Part shown: one piece after another, positions 57,549 to 64,000 of the stretch | Layout of the letters: each line of letters starts with the position of its first letter | Numbering within the stretch: position 1 is the stretch's first letter | Assembly (NCBI GenBank): GCA_004431415.1 | Contig: QPMI01000154.1 | Location: 1-64,000 of the forward strand | Direction of reading: 5' to 3' | Length of the DNA: 64,000 bases | From: Cyanophora paradoxa CCMP329 | Lineage: Eukaryota > Plantae > Glaucophyta | Translations under genes and position numbers: made by a program | Notes under the pieces: model-generated | Told to the model about the DNA's origin: nothing | Seen by the model: the letters and a program-made list of their open reading frames with translations, nothing else | Databases searched by the model: none

Positions 57549-60500
57549 GCCCCCCTCCCGCCCCCCTCTTTAGAGCTCCCCGCCTCCACAAACGCTTCTA
57601 ATGCTCCACTGCCCCCATCACCCCCACCCCACCCCACCCCGCCCACCCACCCGCCCCGGTGGGCCCTCAACCCCCCCCCCTCCCCCCTCCCGCCCTTCCC
57701 CCTCCCCCCTGTCCCCACCACTATCCCTGTGCTGGGCCTTTCTCACGGCGCGCCGCAGCGTCGTTCCCGGAGCTGGACGGCGCGGGGCTGGACGCGTACG
57801 GGGACCCCGGGGCCGTCGAGCGCCACGCCGCCCGCTTCGGGCAGGTGCAGTGTACCCCCAGCCTGCCGCCGGGCGCGGGGCGCCTCTCTGACGCGGGGCC
57901 GCGGGGCGGCGGCCTCGCAGGTGGTGCGCTCGGTGCACCGCGTGGCGGAGGAGCTCGGCGGCTCTGTCAACAAGGTCCTCCTCGACGACAAGGCACGTGC
58001 ACGCCCGCCCGCCCGGCCCGGCCTTACGCCCTTGCGCTTTCGGGGCCGTGGCTTACGCCCTTAGCTCCCATGGTTTGCGGCTGACGGACTATGGCGGGGT
58101 TCCGGCGCAGGGGGCGTCGGCGATCATCGGGTTCGGGCTGCCGGGCGGCTTCGCGCACGAGGACGACGCGGAGCGCGCCGTGCGGGCCGCCCTCGCCCTC
58201 CAGGCCTGGTTCCGCGAGACCAACGCGCCCTTCGCCTGCGGCGTGCGCATGAGTCGACCCCGGCCCTAGGCCTAGGCCTCCCATCCGCAGCCGCCCGCCA
58301 ACTCACTGCAATCAACGTTAACACTGCGGCGTTGTCAGATCGCGGCGGGGCGGACGTTCTGCGGGACCCTGGGCGCCCCCTGCCGCAAGGAATACGCCCT
58401 GGTACAAGCTATTTATAGTACAAGCGCCGCCGCGGCCGCCGTCCTCGCTGACTGTGATCATGACCAGATCGGCGATTCTGTGGTCCGCTGCGCTGATTAT
58501 AGCGCAAGCGCCGCCCCGGCCTCCGGGATCCGCCCCCGCCCTCGCTGACTTTTATCGCTATGGCCAGATCCTGGCTGCGCGCCTCATGGGCAGGGCGCGG
58601 GAGGCGATCGGGGCGGCCCAGGCGGCGGGGGCGGCTGGAGGCGGCCCGCCGCAGCTGCAGCTGCAGGAGGTGCTGTGCGACCGGAGCGTCGTGCAGGCGG
58701 CCACGGCCCGGGGGCGCTCGGCGGTGCGGCCCCCGCCCCCGCTCCGATCCGCCCCCGCCCCTCGCCCGCCCCTCGCACCGGGCGCGGCCGAGCGGCTCCG
58801 AGCGGGCGGGGCGGGGCCGGGGTCCCGGGGCGCAGGCGGCGCTCTTCGAGTTCGAGGCGCTGCCGGCCACGCGCGCCAAGGGCTTCGACGAGCCCCTGCC
58901 CGTCTACAGGCCCCGCGAGGCACCCTCGATCACGTCCCGCGGCGGCGGCGGCGGCGGCCTCGCCCCGTCCGCCTCCAACTCCCGCCGCCTCTCGGCCGTC
59001 GGCGACGGCGGCGGCCTCGTTCGCGCCGGATCTGGATCTGGATCGGGCGCGGCGGCGGCCACCCACCAGCACCCGGCCCCCCTGCTCGGCCGGTGCGCTG
59101 CAAGAGAGATAGCGAGGGCGGGGCGGGGCCGGGGAGGGGCGGCCGCGCCGCGCGCCGCGCTCCTGCTTCTTGATACTCGGGGCAGGGACGGGGAGCTGGC
59201 GGAGGCGACGGCGGCGGTGGAGGCGCTGGCGGCCGGCGGCCAGGGCTCGACGCTCGTGATCGAGGGCGAGGCCGGCGTCGGCAAGAGCCGCCTCCTCCTC
59301 GAGGTCCGCCGCGCCTGCGCCGCCACCGCCGTCCTCGTCCTCTCCTCCACCGCCTCCTCTGTCGAGGTCCGCCCCGCCCCGCCCCGCCCCGCCCCGCGCC
59401 ATTCAATTTCTTCTTCTTTAAGTGGCTTAAGAACAACAACGTTAACAATATCAAATTTCTTATCTATTGTTGTATCGGTCGTAATAATAAAACGCGCCCC
59501 CGCGCCCCGCGGCGCAGGAGGCGACGCCGCTGTGGGCGCTGCGCGGCCTGGTCGCGTCGGTGGCGGACGTGTCGAGCGAGGCGGCGCTGCGGGCCGACCT
59601 CGAGCGGCGGCGCCTCCTCACCGCCGCCGACGCGGCGCTCATCTGGCGGAGCCTCTTCGCGGGCGGGGGCGGGGGCGGGGGCGGGGGCGGGGCCGCCTCC
59701 TCCTCCGCCTCCGCCGCCGCCGCCGCTGCGCGGCAGCAGCTTGGGGACGGGAACGAGAGCGGGTCGACGTCGTACCGGGGCCGGGAGGCCTCGACGCGCC
59801 GCGGGATCTCCTCCTTCGGCGTCGGCCTCGTCACGAGCCTCGCCGCCGCCCTCGCCCGGTGCGCCCTAGGCCTCCCCTGCCCGCCGGCACCGCCTCGCCT
59901 CGCCTCGCCCCTGATGCGCAAGCGCTGGAAGGCTCGTGTTGGACCTGGAGCACTGGGGCGAGCCGGTCGCGGGGAGCGGGGGCGGGGGCGAGGAGGGCGG
60001 GCCGGCCGGCGCCCGCGTCGCAATGCTGCTCGAGGACTGCCACTGGCTCGACTCGTGCGCACGCGCACCCTTCGGAAGCTTAAGAAGCGCACCTCTTAGA
60101 GGCGGATACTACGTCGATTTTAAGCCCCGGCCCAAAATCATTCCCCAAGCCGACCCGGCGGCCCCGCGCACGCGCAGAGTCTCGTGGTTTGTGGTCCGCT
60201 GCATCCGTGACTCCTGTCCGAACCTTCTGGTCCGACCCCACCCATCCCCGCGCTCCCCGCGCTCCCCGCCCGCGCCTCGCGCCTGACGCCCCCGGCCCCC
60301 CGCCGCCGCCGCCCGGCGCAGCTGGTGCTCACGGCGCGGCCAATGGCCGACCCGCCCCGCGACTTCCTCGTCCTCTCGGGGCGCCTCGAGGCGCCCTCGG
60401 GGCCGTGGCGGCGGCGGTGGCGGCGGCGGGCACTGAGGCCCCGGCGCCGGCGCCGCCATCGGTACCCGAGGCGGGCCCGACGGGCGGCGGCCTAGGCCTG

Positions 60501-63500
60501 CCGCCAGCGGGTCGGATGGGCGCCGCGCCCGATCCCGACGGGTCTCTGAAGCGCCGGGGGGCGGGGGCGGGGGCCCTCGGGGCGGGGGCGCGCCTCCCGC
60601 CGCTGCTGCCGGCCCCCTCCCGCGTCGCGCTGCTCCGCCTCGGCCCCATCGGCCGCCCCGCCGCCCACGCCCTCCTCATGGCCCGCCCCCGCCCCGCCCT
60701 GCCCGAACGCGGCCGTCTTCCGTCCCTGACGCTGCGACGCCCCCGCCCCGGCCCCGCGCAGGCCCTCTCGACCTCGATGTCGCTCACGTGGCCGCCGGTG
60801 CGCGCGCGCCGCCGGACGCCCGGCGCGGCCCCCGGCCCCCCGGCCGACGCCATCCCGGCCCGCCTCGCAGGGCGCCGTCCACAGCGTCCTCGAGAAGGCC
60901 GCCGGCGGTCCGCTTCCGCTTTCCCGCGCCCAATGTATATATTGGGCGCTTTTCTGAGGGGCCGAGCGGGGCCGCGGCCGGGCGCGCAGTGCCGCTCTTT
61001 CTGGTGGAGCTCTGCCGGCAGTGCGCGACGGGCGGGAGCCTCCCCGCCGCCCCGGGCGAAGCCTTCCACGTCCCCGCCACGGCCCGCCCTGCCCCGCACA
61101 GCAAAGCGCCGCGTCTAGATTTAATCCCACGTCCGCACAACAGATCCAGCAGATCGCGCTGGCGCGGGCGGACCAGCTGCCGCCGGCGGCGCAGGCGGTG
61201 CTGAAGCTGCTTGCCGTCGTCGACGTCGGGGGCGGCTTCTCGTGCGAGCGGGCCCTCGCCGCCGACCCGGGCGGCCTCGGCCTGGGCCCCGGCCTGGGCC
61301 CCGCCGCCCTCCGCCGCGCGCTCCGCCAGCTCCGCCGCGCCGGCATCATCGCGGTGCCTTCGGATCCCCGTCGCCTTTGAAATCTGTCCCTGATTTGCCG
61401 ATCATGAGCGGCCTCTGACTTGCTCGTCGAAGGAGGCTGCTTCCGGTGGCTCGGGCGCGGCGGTCCGCGTCGGTGCGCCCCCGAAGAACCCCCCCGACGT
61501 CGACTCTGGCGAGGATCCGGAGGACGACGAGGACGAGGAGCGCGAGGAGGGGGCGCATCCGGAGGGGGCCCGCTGGCCCCCGCTCGAGCAGCCCCTCTGC
61601 TTCCTCCACGCCCTCATGCGGTGCGCCGCGCCCTCCCCGCGGCTCAGCTGAAGCTTCCGAGCCTCCGCCGCCGCCGCCGCTGATCATAGATCGCGCCGCG
61701 CCCTCCCCGCGACTTGGCTTAAGTTTAGGCTTATATAATTATAGCTTGGCTTTAGGCGTTAAAGGCCTTATAACTTATATATAACTTAAGTTTAGGCTTA
61801 AGTTTAAGTTTATGCGACTTGGCTTAAGCCAAGGGCTTCCGGGCCCCCGCGGCTTAAGCTTCCGAGCCACCGCCGGCGCTGAGGCTCGCGCGCGGGGCGC
61901 TGAGCAGCGAGGCGGTGTACTGGGCGATCCCGTCGGATCTGCGGCGGGAGGTGCACGGGCGCGTGGCGCGCTGGCTCGAGGCCCGCCGCCCCGACGACTC
62001 GGCCGCCATCGCGTCCGCCCCAGACGCGCCCCGCCCGCCCGCCAGCTCGCCCCGCTCAGCCCGCGCCTCGCGCAGGCTGCACTGGCGGGCGGCGGGGGAG
62101 CCGGAGCGGGCGCTGGGGCACCTGGGGCGGGCGGGGCGGGCGGCCGTGCACGCCAACGCCCTTCCCGAGGCCCGCCGCCTCTTCCGCGAGAAGCTGGCCG
62201 CCCTCGACGCCGTCGCCGCCCGCGGCGGCTTTGCACGCGGCCCGGTCCGTGGACGTGGCCCGGCGGAGGCGCGGGTGGAGGCGCTGCGGCACCTCGCCCT
62301 CGTGGAGAACTACTCGGGCCACTTCGCGGCGGCCGGCGAGGCCGCCGAGGACGCCGCCGCCGCCATCGGCGAGCCCCTGCCCGCCTCCCGCATCGGGCCC
62401 GCCGCCGCCCTCCGTCCGCCCCCGGCCCCGCCTCCGAACCGAGCCAACCTTTCTTTCTCTCACCGAACGCGCGCGCGCATGGCTCTTGCTGCGGGTGCGG
62501 GCCGCGGCGCGGCGCGTGAAGGCGGCCTCGCGATCGGATCCGGTTCGAATCCGGGCGCGGCCGCACCGGCTGCACGCGCCGGAGCGGGGCGAGCTGCGGG
62601 AGGCGCTCCTGGAGGCGCTGCTGGTGGCGGGGGGGGGGGGGGGGGGGGGGGGGATGCGGGAGGGCTCCTTCGGGGGCCGCGGCGGCTTCCCCTGGGTCGC
62701 CCACGCCCTCACACGCGCCTACGAAGTCTCCGGTGCGCCCGTGCTAAGCTGCAGCTGCTGCCTATAAAAGCCGCGATCGCGTCGTTATATCAAGCGTGCG
62801 GGGTGCGCTCGTCGCATCGCAGAGGGCACGCCGCCCGAGCGCCTGCGCGCTGCCGACTGCCGGTGCGTGGCGGCGTGGTGGCCTTCCTTTCCCCCCGGCC
62901 CTCTGCGGTCGCGCCTCCTGAGCGCGAGGGCCCGGCGCGCAGCGTGCGGGCGAACTTCAGTACGCTGCTGGACATCGTCGGGCACACCGAGAGCGCCGCC
63001 GCCCTCCTCGCCCAGGTCCGCCTCGCCCAGGGGCCGGCCCGGCGAGCCGCGGCGCCGGCCGCGCGGGCGACGCCTGAGGGGCGCGCGCGGGCGCATTTGC
63101 AGGCGCGGGATCTGGCGGAGGAGCTCGACAGCGACCCGGGGCGGGCGGCGGCCGCCATGCACGGCGGCCTGCAGGCCTGCCGCGCAGGGGACTTCCCCGC
63201 CGGCGCCCGCCTGTGCGGCCCCGCCCCGCCCCGCTCCGCTCCGGACCGCATCTACGTTTTGATCTGCGCCTGCAGATTCCTGGGGGCGGCGTCGGTGGCG
63301 AGCCCGCAGCCGAACCAGCACGAGCTGCTGGCGACGGCGGCGCTGCCCCTCGCCCTCACGGGCCGCCTCGCCGAGGCGCGCCGCTGCTGCGAGGATGCCG
63401 CCGTCTTCGCCTCGCGCCTCGGCGCCGACGCCTACGGCGCCTACCTCCCCGCTCTCGTCGGGGCCCTCGCCGCCGCCCTCGCCGGCCGCGACGAGGCCGC

Positions 63501-64000
63501 CGCCGCCCACCTCCGCCAGGCCGAGCAGGTGAGGCCTACTAGGCTAGGCCCAGGCCTTGGATCTCCGGACCCGGATCCGCCCCTCCGACAGCGTGCGGGC
63601 AGGGCGGGGCGGAGAGCAGGGCGTGGTGGGTGCGCGAGATCGTGCGGGCGGTGCGGTGCCTGCTGGCGTGGCGCGCGGGGCGCGTTGAGGCGGCCCTCGC
63701 CGACGCCGAGGCCTGCGCTGCCACGTGGCGCGCCCGCGGCCCCGACGTCGACTGGGCCGCCGTCGGTGCGCGTGCACGAGCGCGCGCCCCACCGCATCTA
63801 TACGCGGCGCCTCCTTTATACGCACCCGGCAGTGCTGCCCGCCATTCTGGTGGAGTTCAGCGTCTGGGCGCGGGCGCGGGCGGCGGCCGCCCTTGCGGCT
63901 GCGGCGGAGGAGGGGCCGAGGGGCGGCGGTCCCCTGGGGCCCTCCTCTGCTGGCGGCGGGCCGCCGGCTCGCGACGCGGCTCCGGATCCGTGCACGCCGC
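55923..64000 (+). CDS. Host soluble-type (ADCY10-like) adenylate/guanylate cyclase with P-loop and helical repeats; continues beyond the window
   Basis: LFLD.VSGFS, FFAGDA, NKVLLDDK, FGLP..AHEDDAERAV, FCG.LG...RKEY, LAARLM, EGEAGVGKSRLL, LEDCHWLD. Confidence 0.88.

Noticed and set aside
38900-64000. Numerous long Arg/Gly/Pro/Ala-rich ORFs in the ORF track
   Set aside because: These are shadow ORFs from extreme GC content; the real genes are spliced across short GT...CAG introns.
37849-64000. Host species assignment (intron style and GC content reminiscent of a glaucophyte-like flagellate)
   Set aside because: No diagnostic marker in the window; only a GC-rich, probably flagellated (PACRG) protist can be supported.

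Overview
Positions 1-37848 are dominated by two near-identical copies, in the same orientation, of an integrated ~22 kb Polinton/Maverick-like (PLV-type) virus in a very GC-rich, intron-rich protist genome. Copy 2 (15662-37848) is complete, with ~315-330 bp terminal inverted repeats (TIRs) ending TGTTGTACAC...GTGTACAACA and an exact 6-bp target-site duplication (GAGGGG). Copy 1 (1-14664) is its right ~14.7 kb. The element encodes a protein-primed PolB, an rve integrase, an A32-like packaging ATPase, a double-jelly-roll major capsid protein, two head-to-head penton-like proteins, a patatin phospholipase, three HNH-AP2 proteins (one apparently nuclease-dead), a phage-like 1079-aa fibre, and three tandem fibre genes sharing an N-terminal module, one ending in C1q and followed by a cyanophage-like partner ORF. 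Both copies lie in introns of the same host subtilisin gene, about 1 kb apart. The virus also carries a small family of GC-rich hairpin inserts; the two inside coding sequence preserve the frame, and one differs in presence between the copies. Positions 37849-64000 are host DNA: the 5' part of the subtilisin gene, ARL6IP4-like, F-box/LRR, Cdt1, PACRG-like, a sAC-type adenylate cyclase and unknown genes. Most frameshifts look like homopolymer deletion errors. Family assignments come from motif recognition by eye; no database search was run.
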